The notes under the pieces were generated by a model. That model ran no database searches. It was not told the DNA's origin and saw nothing but the letters and a program-made list of their open reading frames with translations. DNA of 64,000 bases from Amoebophrya sp. A120 (Eukaryota; Protista; Dinoflagellata). This document shows, piece by piece, positions 24,281-35,798 of the stretch (positions are counted from its first letter, which is position 1; each line of letters begins with the position of its first letter). A program made the position numbers and the translations under genes. The stretch covers positions 3,015,373-3,079,372 of the forward strand of contig CAJINV010000009.1 of assembly GCA_905178155.1 (NCBI GenBank), in the 5' to 3' direction.

Positions 24281-26885
24281 GGGGGTTATCAAATGTAAAA
24301 ATGTCTGGGTCTGGAAGATTGCGAGATTTGTCATGCAGATTTTCCATGACCCATAAGGTCTGGAATGCAGGGCCTAGCATGACAGAGTCTGTGAGGTCTC
24401 TGCCATGCCTATCCCGCATGAGAAACTACCTCCCAACTTGGTCGAAAGTGGACAGCTTTTGGCACTCATGCAACACAGATTTTTGCACTATTCGGATTTA
24501 GCATGACAAGTTTTAATCTTCCAGACCCAGACATTTTTGCATTTGGTAGGGGTAATCGTCGTCGTGGTGGTCGTTGTGGACGTTGTCGGGGCTTTTGTGC
24601 TATGCATTGCAAATATTAATATGACTGAATCTGGAAACTTGTAATGCAACTCAGCGAATAGTACTAAGCACTCTGTACTGCACCGCCAAGCATGACAGGT
24701 TTTTTCGTCCTCGCGCTGTGTTGCGTATTCCGCATGAGAAGCTGCGTTTTTGCATGACAGGCAGAGGGACCTGTTTGTGGCCACGCAAGCGCAACACAGA
24801 GTCCAGAGTCATGCCAGACAAGCATGTTGACAAATCTCGCCCTCTTCCAGACCCAAACATATTTATTTGCATTTGATACGTGCAGTTCTTGCGCGCCTCC
24901 TTCATCAGTGTCTTCCCGGAAGCAGTCCTATCAAACAAAAAAAGTTCGCCACGATCACTCATGCACATGCGCATTTTTGCAATACAAAACTTTCTGTCAT
25001 GCGTAAAAAGGCATCACAGCCAAACTTCATAAGGGATTTCCCTAGTGTTTCTGCGATATAAGGAAAAGTTGTGATGCTAAAAAGATTTGTAATGCAAAGC
25101 CTGCAAGTTAGTGACTTTGACAAACTTTTTTCTCTCTCCATAAGTCCCCTTGTTCTTGCAGTAGTCCCACCAATCGTCCACTTTCGTTTTGCACGTGGAC
25201 CCGGCCTCCTCGTACTTGGCAAGGCAGGCTATGCAAGAAAAAAACTGTCTTAATGCAGAACATGCAACAGCGTTACATCTGTCATGCCAGACAACCACGA
25301 AGTCCTCTTTTCATGTGGATGTGTGTTTTCCCTTACAAGCCACGCATGACAGGATTTCTCTGTCATGTAGACCAAACTTGTGATGCTGTCAGGCCAAGAA
25401 AGTTACACTAACACAGTTTTTTTCTTGGATAAAGGCGGCCGGAGGGTTAACGTCTGTCAGGTCCCACTCTCGGTTCTCGAAGTCCCAAGTGCTGCCCAGA
25501 GAGTAGCAGTCCTTTACCCAGGCCCGGCATTTGTCCTGACACTTCTTCTCGTCGCCACTGGAGTACAAGAAGCTCCCCAGGTACTGATTTTCGTTACTTC
25601 GCGACATTTCCCTATGCATTGCAAATATGTCTGGGTCTGGATTTGCGATGGAGGACTTCAAGGACAACAAGATCTGTAATGCATGAATACCATTGCCCAT
25701 TTTTTTTGTCGTGCGGGATATGGTACTTTGTCTTCATGCTAAATACGAATGAATCTGGAATAAGCCTCGCGAAATTTCTCATGCTGTTATGCCGTACAAG
25801 CAGCAAGTTTGCAATGCAAGTATCAGCAACACAAGTTTCCAGACCCAGACATGCTTGCATTTGATATTCCCAGCACCGGAACCACAGAAACTCGTGCTTC
25901 TTAAACTTGCAGTCGTAGCAGTTGTTGCAACCTTCCACCCTCGGTGTGTTCCCGCTTGCAGCAATGTAGTTAAAACGTTTGGACTTGGCGCACCGCTTCG
26001 TCTTGGCCTCGGTGTGATAAAGAGGCTGTCTTATTGCGAGGACATGTCCCCCCTCCCCATATCGAAGCGGTATTATTTTTCCGCAAATTTGTGTTGCTGC
26101 TTTGAGACCACAAATCACGACTATCTTGCAAGACGACAAGCGCAGAGGCTTCCGCGCCGCCATTATGGGAGCGATTTGGCATGCTGTTGGGCCTCGGGGA
26201 CAGCCGTTTGTAATGCTACTTACACGACTAGACCCATACACCCCTACCTAGGCTAGGGATCTACTGGCTGCGATGCCTTACTGCAAGACAGCGCGCATTT
26301 GTGTACGGAAATCCGGCATCAGAAACTTCCTCTCGATATGGGAGGGGGCGATTTTTCCTTACGATAAGTCTCGGTTTGCAGCGATACCCTTCCTCCAGCG
26401 CTGCCGTGTCCTTGTTAGCTATGAAAGAAAAAAACTGTGTAAGTGTAACTCTGTAATGCAGAACATGCAACAGAGTTACGTCTGTCATGCCAGACAGCCA
26501 TGAAGTCCTCTTTTCATGTGTGTTTTCCCTTACAAGCCACGCATGACAGATTTTCTCTGTCATGTAGAGCAACTTTGTGATGCTGCCAGCCAAAGATAGT
26601 TACACTAACACAGGTTTTTTCTTGGATATTAGCCTCGTTAATCCCATTGTCTTGGTCGATGTCTATCTTTTCACACGCGCCCTGGTATTTCTCGTTGTGC
26701 TCAAGGGCCGCAGCAAAGAGTGACAGCGTTCTTTCGAGAGACCTGGTAGAGCCTAGCGGCAGAGCGAGGCCGAGCAGAAATGCGGTCAAGATGAACAAAG
26801 GCCACATTTGCCTAGTGCCGGCGCAGGACAGCCGCGACAAGGAGAGGACCACCTGGCGTTCTGGTCGTGAAAGGAACAGACACAT
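24281..26885 (-). CDS. Paralogue of genes 1/2 (gene 3): signal peptide, Cys/Trp domain, Thr tract; 3' end unresolved or truncated
   Basis: Seven introners removed in frame: MWPLFILTAFLLGLALP...EEGYRCKPR...GCNNCYDCKFKKHEFLWFRCWE...CQDKCRAWVKDCY...TTTTTITP. Start is 26885 or 26807. Confidence 0.78.
24287..24548. mobile_element. Introner, family A
   Basis: TIRs, TSD GGGGT. Confidence 0.9.
24601..24878. mobile_element. Introner, family A
   Basis: TIRs, TSD TGTGC/CGTGC. Confidence 0.87.
24929..25142. mobile_element. Introner, family D (opposite orientation to 803)
   Basis: TIRs, TSD AGTCC. Confidence 0.9.
25230..25431. mobile_element. Introner, family D
   Basis: TIRs, TSD CAGGC/AAGGC. Confidence 0.88.
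25613..25866. mobile_element. Introner, family A
   Basis: TIRs, TSD TTCCC. Confidence 0.9.
26032..26366. mobile_element. Introner, family C
   Basis: TIRs, TSD TGTCT/AGTCT. Confidence 0.87.
26420..26628. mobile_element. Introner, family D
   Basis: TIRs, TSD TTAGC. Confidence 0.9.
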
Positions 26886-28267
26886 TTTTCCGACCGGCCA
26901 ATGTCTCGTATGCAGCGGACCAAGACGAAAGGGGAAACCGACTGGAGCTCCGGTGCTTTTTTTACGTTCCAATTTTACTTTTCACCAGCACGGTAATACT
27001 GCCTCTCCGTCTCTTGCCGGCACGTTCACGTTGTAGATAGTCCTGCTGACGCGGTCAAGAAAGAGAACGTCGCACGGCGTGATACAGACGCACTACGGAT
27101 TTTCAAACTTCATTCTGGCCCCGCAGCTGGCCGTCCCCGCCCTGCAGTGGGATCTCCTCTGTCCCCGTACTTTCGACGACCCGCCCCGTCCCGAGATGTG
27201 CAACAAGTGCCCCAAGAACGGCAGCTCATGGTCATTGCACACGCATAGAAGAGTGACGGTGTTCGTGCAGCGGCAGTGGCAGTCAGCATGATTTTTGACT
27301 CCTGTACTCTACTTCTAAACTCTAGACAAAATATTCGCAGCTTGCGCTGCGCTTGAGGGTTGAAAACCCTCCCTCAACGTAAAGTCGATCAGATTTCTCG
27401 TTTCTCTAGGAAAGAAAAAGAGAAAGTGACGCTGTGAGACCCAGAAGTCAATGGATTCCGCTCGGGAAAGGTCGTTTAAGGTTTCCCGGGAAACCTTCGG
27501 CTTAGCTCGTGCTAAAGTGTGTTGCAATACATTGCAATACAACCGAAAAGGCGGCGCGCGCATGGACTCCGCTGCTGTTTGTGTACACAACCGCGCCGCG
27601 TCTGTGTTGGCGTCTCGTGTGCTTAAATCGCCACAGTCGGCTGCGGATTGCGAGCAACCTGGCGGCCCCGGCAAACCGGCGCACATTTTCCACAGAGGAC
27701 TCCGGAGAGGATTCCAAAATCCTCTCCGGAATCCTCTGGCCCAAGTTGAGCCGTCTTTCGCGCCCTTTCCCCGACGGCACTACCTCGATTTCGGGAACAG
27801 GGGGCTTCGAAGATGATGCGCACACCATCATCTTCGTCCCCGTGCTGTTTGCCGCCGGATTTGGGGGCGCGGCAAACCGGCGCACATTTTGCGCGGACTT
27901 TGCCTCGCGGACTTTCTGGCCCAATTTGGACCGCCTCGGACGGCCTTTCCCCGATCAGGCGGAGGGGCCGGGGCGGTGGTGGCTGCTACATCGCTTCTAA
28001 ATTTTGCGGGATTTTTCAGAAACGGCCTTCCCGGGGAATATGCGGACGGCGCCTCAATTGAAAAGGGGCGAGAAGGAAAAAGGCAAAGACGAAATGGGGA
28101 ACACAGAGGCAAATGGTGTGGGACCGAGGAAAAGAAGACATAGGAGAAACTCCGGCGCGGCCCCCTACGCACTGCGGGTGGGGAAAAACCCGGAGAAGCG
28201 TCGCGGGGTGGGGAGAAGCAAATCATGGGGCCGATTTCGCAGACGAGGTGGGCACCTGCCCAAAAGC

Positions 28268-28520
28268 GCTCTAAATGGCACTCTAAATGGGGGTGCTAAA
28301 TGGGGGCTCTAAATCGACCCCTTCTAAATGGGGGTGCTAAATGGGGGCTCTAAATCGAGCCCTTCTAAATGGGGGTGCTAAATGGGGGCTCTAAATGCAC
28401 CCCTCTAAATGGGGGTGCTAAATGGGGGTGCTAAATGGGGGCTCTAAATACCCCTCTATCTGGCATGCTAAATCAGCACGCTAAGTCGCATGCTAAATCA
28501 GCATGCTAAATGAACCTGCT
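28268..28520. repeat. CTAAATGGGGG(T/C) minisatellite
   Basis: Many tandem ~12-13-bp variants of GCTAAATGGGGG(T/C). Confidence 0.9.
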
Positions 28521-29189
28521 AAACCGTGCGGGAAAACGGTTTAGCAGACCACCCCGAAACCGGGCGAAATTCCCGAAAGCACGGGAATCGTTCCCGAAAA
28601 TGCACCCCCCGGCGACTCTAAATCAAAACGGAGTTGGTCCGGAAGGTGGTTCTCCCGCAGGAAAGGTCGTTGCGCGACCCCGACCGCGGATCTTGCCGAA
28701 GGTCGGTCGCGAAGCCCCACGACCTTTCCTTCCGACGGACAACTCAAACAAATCCCAAACCCTTCCCAAAATCGCACTGACTCACGAAAGTCAGCGCGAT
28801 GTTGGAAACAACCTCACGCCCGGGAGGCAGAATACGGACAACCCACCACGCACACCTACCCCGGTGTGTGCGATCGGAAATGAACACAGAGGAACCCACG
28901 AGGCTGCGGGATTGGGAAATTCCTAGCACACGCAATACCACTCAAGACGCTGCCAATTTTTAAATTTTAATTTTTTCGCAAGGCAACGCGAGAACACCAG
29001 GGGGGAAACACTGCCGCCGGGCACACGGACGGGAGGCAATGCGCCCAAACCCCCGCGGTGCCCGGACGCATGGCGTCCCTGCCAACCGTGGCGCCGCAGG
29101 CAGCGCCGCACCCCCCGTTCTTTTCATTTTTCAAAAATCCCGCAAAATATAGAAAATATTTAGTCGACTTCACCGCCCCGGGCCTCTCC

Positions 29190-29875
29190 GACTGACCCCG
29201 ATGGCACGGCCTCGGTTTCACCAGAGGATTTTACAGAGGACCCGTCAGAGGACCCGAGGGTCCTCTGTCGGGTCCTCTGGCCCAATTTGGACCGCCTCGG
29301 GCGGCCTTTCCCCGATGGCACGGACTCGATTTCACCAGAGGATTTTACAGAGGACCCGTCAGAGGACCCGAGGGTCCTCTGTCGGGTCCTCTGGCCCAAT
29401 TTGGACCGCCTCGGGCGGCCTTTCCCCGATGGCACGGACTCGATTTCACCAGAGGATTTTACAGAGGACCCGTCAGAGGACCCGAGGGTCCTCTGTCGGG
29501 TCCTCTGGCCCAATTTGGACCGCCTCGGGCGGCCTTTCCCCGATGGTACGGCCTCGATTTGACGAGAGGACTTCACAGCCCAATTTGGACCGCCTCGGGC
29601 GGCCTCCCTTTCCCCGATGGCACGGCCTCGATTTGACGAGAGGACTTTACAGAGGACCCGTCAGAGGACCCGAGGGTCCTCTGTCGGGTCCGCTGGCCCA
29701 ATTTGGACCGCCTCGGGCGGCCTTTCCCCGATGGTACGGCCTCGATTTGGCCAGAGGATTTTACCGAGGACCCGTCAGAGGACCCGAGGGTCCTCTGTCG
29801 GGTCCTCTGGCCCAATTTGGGCCGCTTCGGAAGGGCCTCCCCCGGTGGTATGGTCCCGATTTGGCCAGAGGCCAG
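29190..29875. repeat. 114-bp tandem repeat (~6 units) with internal hairpin
   Basis: GACCCGAGGGTCC recurs at 29251, 29365, 29479; each unit holds AGAGGACCCGTCAGAGGACC-CGAG-GGTCCTCTGTCGGGTCCTCT. Confidence 0.92.
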
Positions 29876-30339
29876 AGGGCTGTGCACATGGACCGTCGAA
29901 GGGCTCCGCAGCCCTCTGATGCGGCACCACGGACATTGCGGCAAACCGGCGCACATTTTGAAACGCACTCGGGTGCAGGCGCGCGACCTTCGGCGTGTCT
30001 GCAAGCGCGCTGCGTCAGTCTGTCTTAACTACACGGCCCGCATTGTCCTCGCTTGGTTATCAAGACCCCACGCGGTTGCAGGCCGCCACATTTGCCGCGC
30101 TTTGGTTGTCAAAACGCCGGCTTGACAACCAAACCACACAAGTTGGCAACTTGTAAGAACCAAGCCGAAGCAAGAAATGTGCGCCGGTTTGCCGGTGCCC
30201 GTGCTCACCGCCAACGCGGCAAGGGCAGGGACCCCTAGCTAAGGCCGGAGCCTCTGGCGCAAGGGCGCACCCGCCCCGGGCAGCCCGGGTGCCCGTCGGG
30301 GAGGGAGTGAAGCCCCGCAAGGCCGGCGCAGTCCGCTCG

Positions 30340-31008
30340 GGGAGCGGGCGGCTCCCCTGCGGGAAGGCGGATCCCTGGGAAGCGGGCGGATCCCCGAGGA
30401 GCGGGCGGCTCCCCTGCGGGAAGGCGGATCCCCGGGAAGCGGGCGGCTCCCCGAGGAGCGGGCGGATCCTCGGGGCGCGGGCGGATCCCCGGGGAACGGG
30501 CGGATCCCCGGGGAACAGGCGGATCCCCGAGTAACGGGCGGATCCCCTGGGCGAAGGCCGACCCCCGGGGGACGGGCGGATCCCCTGGGCCAAGGCGGAT
30601 CCCCGGGATGCGGGCGGATCCTCGGGGGGCGGGCGGCTCCCCGAGTAACGGGCGGATCCCCGGGGAACGGGCGGATCCCCGGGGAGCGGGCGGATCCCCG
30701 AGTAGCGGGTGGATCCCCTGGGCGAAGGCCGATGGATCCCCGGGGCGCCGGCGGATCCTCGGGGCGCGGGCGGATCCCCGGGGAGCGGGCGGATCCCCTG
30801 GGGGAAGGCGGATCCCCTGGGCGAAGGCGGATCCCCGGAGAGCGGGCGGATCCCCTGGGGGAAGGCGGATCCCCGGGGAACGGGCGGGCCCCCTGGGCGA
30901 AGGCGGATCCCCGGGGAACGGGCGGATCCCCTGGGCGAAGGCGGATCCCCGGGGAACGGGCGGATCCCCGGGGAGCGGGCGGATCCCCGGGGAACGGGCG
31001 GATCCCCC
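30340..31008. repeat. ~19-bp GC-rich satellite (CGGGCGGATCCCCGGGGAA variants)
   Basis: Direct inspection; open in several frames only because the repeat lacks stops. Confidence 0.92.
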
Positions 31009-31555
31009 AAAAAACAACACAAATCGAAATCGCGACGGTATGCGTATTTTTTTCCCGTCATTCGAAACACAAAAAAAACCCCGCTGCCGTCGTGTTTCGC
31101 TGGTTTGGGTCTCAGAGCGTCAGGGTCTCGAGAAAAAATATCTCTCGCTCCGGGCACCGACGCGCACTCTTCACTTCGGTTTCAGCGCTCTTCTGGATAT
31201 GTAATGTTTTCAATTCCCCAAGAAAGCACCCTCCCTGCACTTTTTGTAGTGAACCATGACGTCTAGCTCGACAAGAAAATCTTAGGGACACGACTCGTCT
31301 TTTGTACTTTTGTCCCTTTCGAGCAGATTGTATCTGCTTTTCTCGCCTGATAGATACTCAATCTCTTTTTTCATCGAGGAGGAAGGAAAAGACCCGCGTA
31401 ACAAGCGGTCTTGTCAATCGGAGTTCGTGTTCATACCGGATAATTTGAAAGTCGTTGCGTAGTAGCACAAACGAAGTGAAGAAGTTGTGAATGCAGACAG
31501 CACCAAATCGTTCATCTGCGGCCTCCTGCTCATCACGGAGCCCTCCCGAAACGGA

Positions 31556-34500
31556 TTACTCGAATCGATGTCCAACGGTGGACCACGGCTTCTTCCCTTT
31601 GCCACCGCCTTTTTTGCATTTGCCGCTGTGATAGTAACCATCGACGCCCTCTTTGCTCCAGTAGTGATTTTTCCCATTCTTCCCTTGTCCCTTCGCACCA
31701 CTCCCTGTTTTATGATATCTCGTGCCTGGAGCCCCGTATCCCGCAGCGCCATATGGAGCTGCTGCGAAACTGCTGCTTCTGCTCGCTTGCGCGGCTGCGA
31801 TCGACCGCTGGACCAGTTCGGAAACGGGGCGGTACACGCCGAAAGCATTCGGATCTGGATACTTCTGTCCCCTCATGATGTGCTGAAGGCCACGGAAAAT
31901 GTCGCCCGATTCCCCGTCCGCGCAAACCTTCCGTCCCAACTGCTCTTCGCGTCGTTCCGCAACTTCTCGCCCCAGCCCCGCGCCAAGAGTCTTCGTGCAG
32001 AACAGTTGCTGCCGAATCGGGTCGATTTGGCCGGGGGAGAGCCTCTCCCCGCCCGCGTGCGCGCTTGCCAGCGCGAGGTAGAAGTCCTGCGCCTTGTCAC
32101 CCACCCAGGCGTAGGTCCCCGCAAATTGCTTCGGTTGGTGCAGGTCTCCGGCCTCGATCAAGGTTGCCACTACTTGTCGCACGGCGCCCTGATCCTCTGT
32201 TTCAGTAGCTCTCCCCTCCCCGAACTGCAAAAAGTGGCGGACGTTGTCCAGCAATTCCGGATCGTACACTGCGTTACTGTTTTCTGCTTCATTCGGCACC
32301 AGTATTGCCCCACCCTTGTACAGCGTTATCTTCTCCTGGAACATCTGCTGAAACGAAGGCTTGTAAACGACTGCGTTCAAATTTGCATTAATCTGCCTTC
32401 GGTCGGGCAGATCAGGGATGGGCACGCACAACTTTTTGCGCAGCTCCTCGACCAATGCCTCCTTCATCTCGTCAAAAGCACACAAACAGCACCCCGTCTG
32501 CTCGTGCATGCACAGCTTGTTTTTCTCAACCTCTTCTGGCTCGTACGATTGGAGATGATGGATGATGTTGCGAAAATAGGACTCGTTAACGAGGATGCGT
32601 GCGTCGCTGGGCACTCCCCTTCGGTTAGCCTCGAACGTTACCGTGGTTCCGGACCAAAGGCCATCGCATACTTCGCGAGCTCTGACGGGACCCTCGGGAA
32701 CGAAACTCCCCTGCGGAACTTCCGCCTCCCCATCCATGTACCGCGCTCCATTGTTGCATTTCTGCAGGTAAGTCTCTTTGTTGCCGCAAAATCGAACTTG
32801 TGACGACGTCGCTGACGGCCAGTAGAAAAACGAACCACCGTCCCAAGGCTGCTCGTAGACTGGCCGATTGTTGATGCTGTAGTCATGGTTCAAAACATAC
32901 AGCCCATTCAAGAGATCTGCATTCTGTTGAAATCCTGATATGATGTACTCACCCACCCGCGTTCCAACAGCTCCGACACTGACTTCGGATGCCGTCGGAC
33001 AGTCCACGAGATGAAACATACTCGGGTCAAGGTCGCAGACGCCGTGGAAGCTCAAACTCAGTACCTCGAACAAAGCGGAGTAGACGTCGGGAACAGGGAA
33101 AACCGCGTGTGCTTTTCGCATCATCTCGCCTTTGAGCCGATCCCAGGCAGCGGCTGCGTCGGTCTCCACGGCCTTTGCTCTTTGTAACGCGGCAAACAGG
33201 ACTCGATTCACAGTCTTTGGATTTTGTTGCAGCTTGCCGCGCACGATATCCTCGCTGCGACTGTCACCAGAAACCACAGGAAAGCTGCCCGAGAACTCCT
33301 TCAGAAAATACTGAGCAAGCAGGTTACACAGCTCTTCTGCGCTGTAGTTGTCCGCCCAAAGACAATTCGCTTCCGTGCAGTGCTCGTCCCGATCTACTGC
33401 GGTATAGAGGTGTTTTACCATATTCAAGCTACTTCCTGCCGCGGCGCTGCGCCAGGCTTGCGCAATCTGTTCGCACAGTGCGTCTTCAGACAGTGTGTTT
33501 TGTCGGTCCCGTGATTGCATTTCGTACTGCTTTAGGTTGATGCCGTACGTGAGGTTGCTTAGTTCCTGGACAAACATGCCCTTCACGTAGATCTTTTTCT
33601 TGTGGCGTTTCCCTTTCAAAATCTCTGCGACGGGAGACTCCCCTAGCAGTTTCTTGTCTGTTTTGTGTCGCAAAAACAAATAGCGGTCCCGGTCAAATCG
33701 CGTCTTCCAATTTCTGCCACACTGGATGCGCGCGGCGGTATCCTGGTAAGCGTCGAAGCAATGCAGCCGCCGAGCGCGTATGTCTTCTTCACTTTCGCGC
33801 CAGATGCTCATTGCGAAACACGGAACGCCGTCTTTATTCTGTTTCATGCTAAAGTGGTAACGCCGTCCGAGGCTGAAAAGCTGAACGTGGGTATCAGGCT
33901 CACGCGTCAGTACCAAAGTCGACGACGGCAAGCCATCCCCGAACTTGCCTCGTGTCTCGCCATGTTCCGTGCCGTTTCGCTCCTTTTCCTCGCCGCTGTA
34001 TCCCAGGAGAAAGCACTTCGGCGGCAAGGTCGTTGAAAAATTCACCATGGTGAGAATGTTCGATTCTTTCGAAATGTACCCGACCCGGTACTTCTTCGCA
34101 GCTGGCGTGGAAACAGTGAACTCCAGTCGCCAGTCTTCGTCTGGTTCTGGTGGGCAATTTCCAGTACTGCTGGATGCGATTTTCTTGTCCTTTTTCTTTT
34201 TCTTTTCCCCATGGCTCGTTCGTTCGGTCATCTTCAGCAGGTCGACGTCGAAGCCGTTCAATCGCACGGAATTTTCCAGCTGGTCGTACCAATTTTGCAC
34301 GTATTCGTCCATGGCTTGGGCCGGCGTCCAGTGTTTCACGTACTTGTTTGTCAAATCAAAAATGCGCTGCTCCTCTCTCGGCCGCTCCACGTCCTCGGCG
34401 GACGGCTTTGGCAGTTTTGGAAGCGTCTCAAACCGCACTCGCTCCTCGGTTGGGGTGGCCGCTGTTGAAGCCGCGCTGGGCGAAAAAGGCACTGCATCGC

Positions 34501-34945
34501 GGACGTCAAAGTGCTCAGCGCGTTCTCCGCCCATCGCATTGCGCGGAGCGAAATGCGGGGCTTCTCTGCCCTCCGAAGAAGTCGTTTTGGCTTTCATGAA
34601 TCTTTGCGTTCCTCCTTCGAATGGTGGAAAGGGATCTCTCCTGCGCCTTCTCGAATGCGACTTGGTACTAGCAACCCTCGTATCCTTCCTGCTGTTCCCT
34701 TGTTTCCTCACTCGTGATGCACGCGACCTGCTGCGTTTCCGACTCACGGATCTGTTTCTATCATCTTTTTCTTCCCCGGCACATGCAGGAGGATTGGAAA
34801 ATATCGCAGCCGGCGAGTGAAGGCCGTGCCAGTAGTCTTCATCACGAATCGCCGTGTAGCATTCCGCAGGAGCATATGAACCGGCATCGCTCCTGCTGCC
34901 ACCAGCAAGGCCGGAGGATTCGTCGGAGTCGCTTCTACTTTCCAT
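31556..34945 (-). CDS. Intronless 1129-aa protein with GHKL (HATPase_c/MORC-like) ATPase domain
   Basis: Bergerat-type motifs: WTPAQAMDEYVQNWYD (ExxxNxxD), FLLGYSGEEK, RGKFGDGL. Confidence 0.75.
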   Translation of the reverse strand: MESRSDSDESSGLAGGSRSDAGSYAPAECYTAIRDEDYWHGLHSPAAIFSNPPACAGEEKDDRNRSVSRKRSRSRASRVRKQGNSRKDTRVASTKSHSRRRRRDPFPPFEGGTQRFMKAKTTSSEGREAPHFAPRNAMGGERAEHFDVRDAVPFSPSAASTAATPTEERVRFETLPKLPKPSAEDVERPREEQRIFDLTNKYVKHWTPAQAMDEYVQNWYDQLENSVRLNGFDVDLLKMTERTSHGEKKKKKDKKIASSSTGNCPPEPDEDWRLEFTVSTPAAKKYRVGYISKESNILTMVNFSTTLPPKCFLLGYSGEEKERNGTEHGETRGKFGDGLPSSTLVLTREPDTHVQLFSLGRRYHFSMKQNKDGVPCFAMSIWRESEEDIRARRLHCFDAYQDTAARIQCGRNWKTRFDRDRYLFLRHKTDKKLLGESPVAEILKGKRHKKKIYVKGMFVQELSNLTYGINLKQYEMQSRDRQNTLSEDALCEQIAQAWRSAAAGSSLNMVKHLYTAVDRDEHCTEANCLWADNYSAEELCNLLAQYFLKEFSGSFPVVSGDSRSEDIVRGKLQQNPKTVNRVLFAALQRAKAVETDAAAAWDRLKGEMMRKAHAVFPVPDVYSALFEVLSLSFHGVCDLDPSMFHLVDCPTASEVSVGAVGTRVGEYIISGFQQNADLLNGLYVLNHDYSINNRPVYEQPWDGGSFFYWPSATSSQVRFCGNKETYLQKCNNGARYMDGEAEVPQGSFVPEGPVRAREVCDGLWSGTTVTFEANRRGVPSDARILVNESYFRNIIHHLQSYEPEEVEKNKLCMHEQTGCCLCAFDEMKEALVEELRKKLCVPIPDLPDRRQINANLNAVVYKPSFQQMFQEKITLYKGGAILVPNEAENSNAVYDPELLDNVRHFLQFGEGRATETEDQGAVRQVVATLIEAGDLHQPKQFAGTYAWVGDKAQDFYLALASAHAGGERLSPGQIDPIRQQLFCTKTLGAGLGREVAERREEQLGRKVCADGESGDIFRGLQHIMRGQKYPDPNAFGVYRPVSELVQRSIAAAQASRSSSFAAAPYGAAGYGAPGTRYHKTGSGAKGQGKNGKNHYWSKEGVDGYYHSGKCKKGGGKGKKPWSTVGHRFE

Positions 34946-35798
34946 ACTGTTCCGTCCTTGAGACGAGACCTTGGTGCTGTCGGAAGTGTCTAGAACGACA
35001 ATAAAACAACGATGATTACAACAGAAACAGATACAGACTTGAAAGCAAGTATAAGAAAAATGACTTCTAGACTAATGCTCAGCGTAAAAGCAGGGTGTGA
35101 GTAGACAGACCTTGGCGACGAATGCACTCTTTCACGGGTCGCAATTCTACTTGACTTCGTCGTCGTGAGTTATTCCGCTTGACAAAGAGACAAATCACGA
35201 ATGAAGAACTACCACTGACTTTGAATATAGAGATCGTAGTCGCTCGTCTAAAACAAGCGAAGACAGCAGGAAATTCCTATTCATTGCTCGTACTCGCTGT
35301 GCATTTTCCTCCAATAATTTCCGGGCGGCAGCAAGCAGCTGACAGAGCTCTCTTATGCAGCGTGAACTGACTTCTGATCGTGGAAGAAGGTAGATGAGAT
35401 CGAAATGCGATCCGTTAAGAAGGAGAAACAATTCATACCTCGCGGAGACATCAAGCAGCCTCAATAAGTTCACGAAGACTAATGATCTCATGCTCGCCTC
35501 GCTACAAACTGATCTCCCATCGACCGGTGAGTACTTGCCGATCTCCTCGAATAATCTGTTCCTCTCTTTCAGTGCCTTAACAGAACCACGCACATTGCGG
35601 TAGGCTGCAACATCATCCTCCGGCAGAACCCTACCAGCATCAAACGTGGTGCATTGATTGATGTATCGCTACGAACTACTGCACATAAGTGCTTGCAGCA
35701 GCAGCAAGTTATAATTAGAACGTACTTATAAATACGACGCTGCCGTTTCGGCCACTCCCACTGCGCCTTTTACATTATTGAATTCTGATACTTCATGA

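Noticed and set aside
2856-26628. CRISPR-like array (recurrent ~30-bp repeats with spacers)
   Set aside because: Repeats alternate in orientation, spacing is irregular, the 'spacers' are exons, and no cas genes are present.
29160-31266. Long ORFs on both strands in the satellite
   Set aside because: Stop-free GC-rich tandem repeats, open in several frames.
31487-34820. Plus-strand 438-aa and 291-aa ORFs
   Set aside because: Antisense shadows of the 1129-aa gene.
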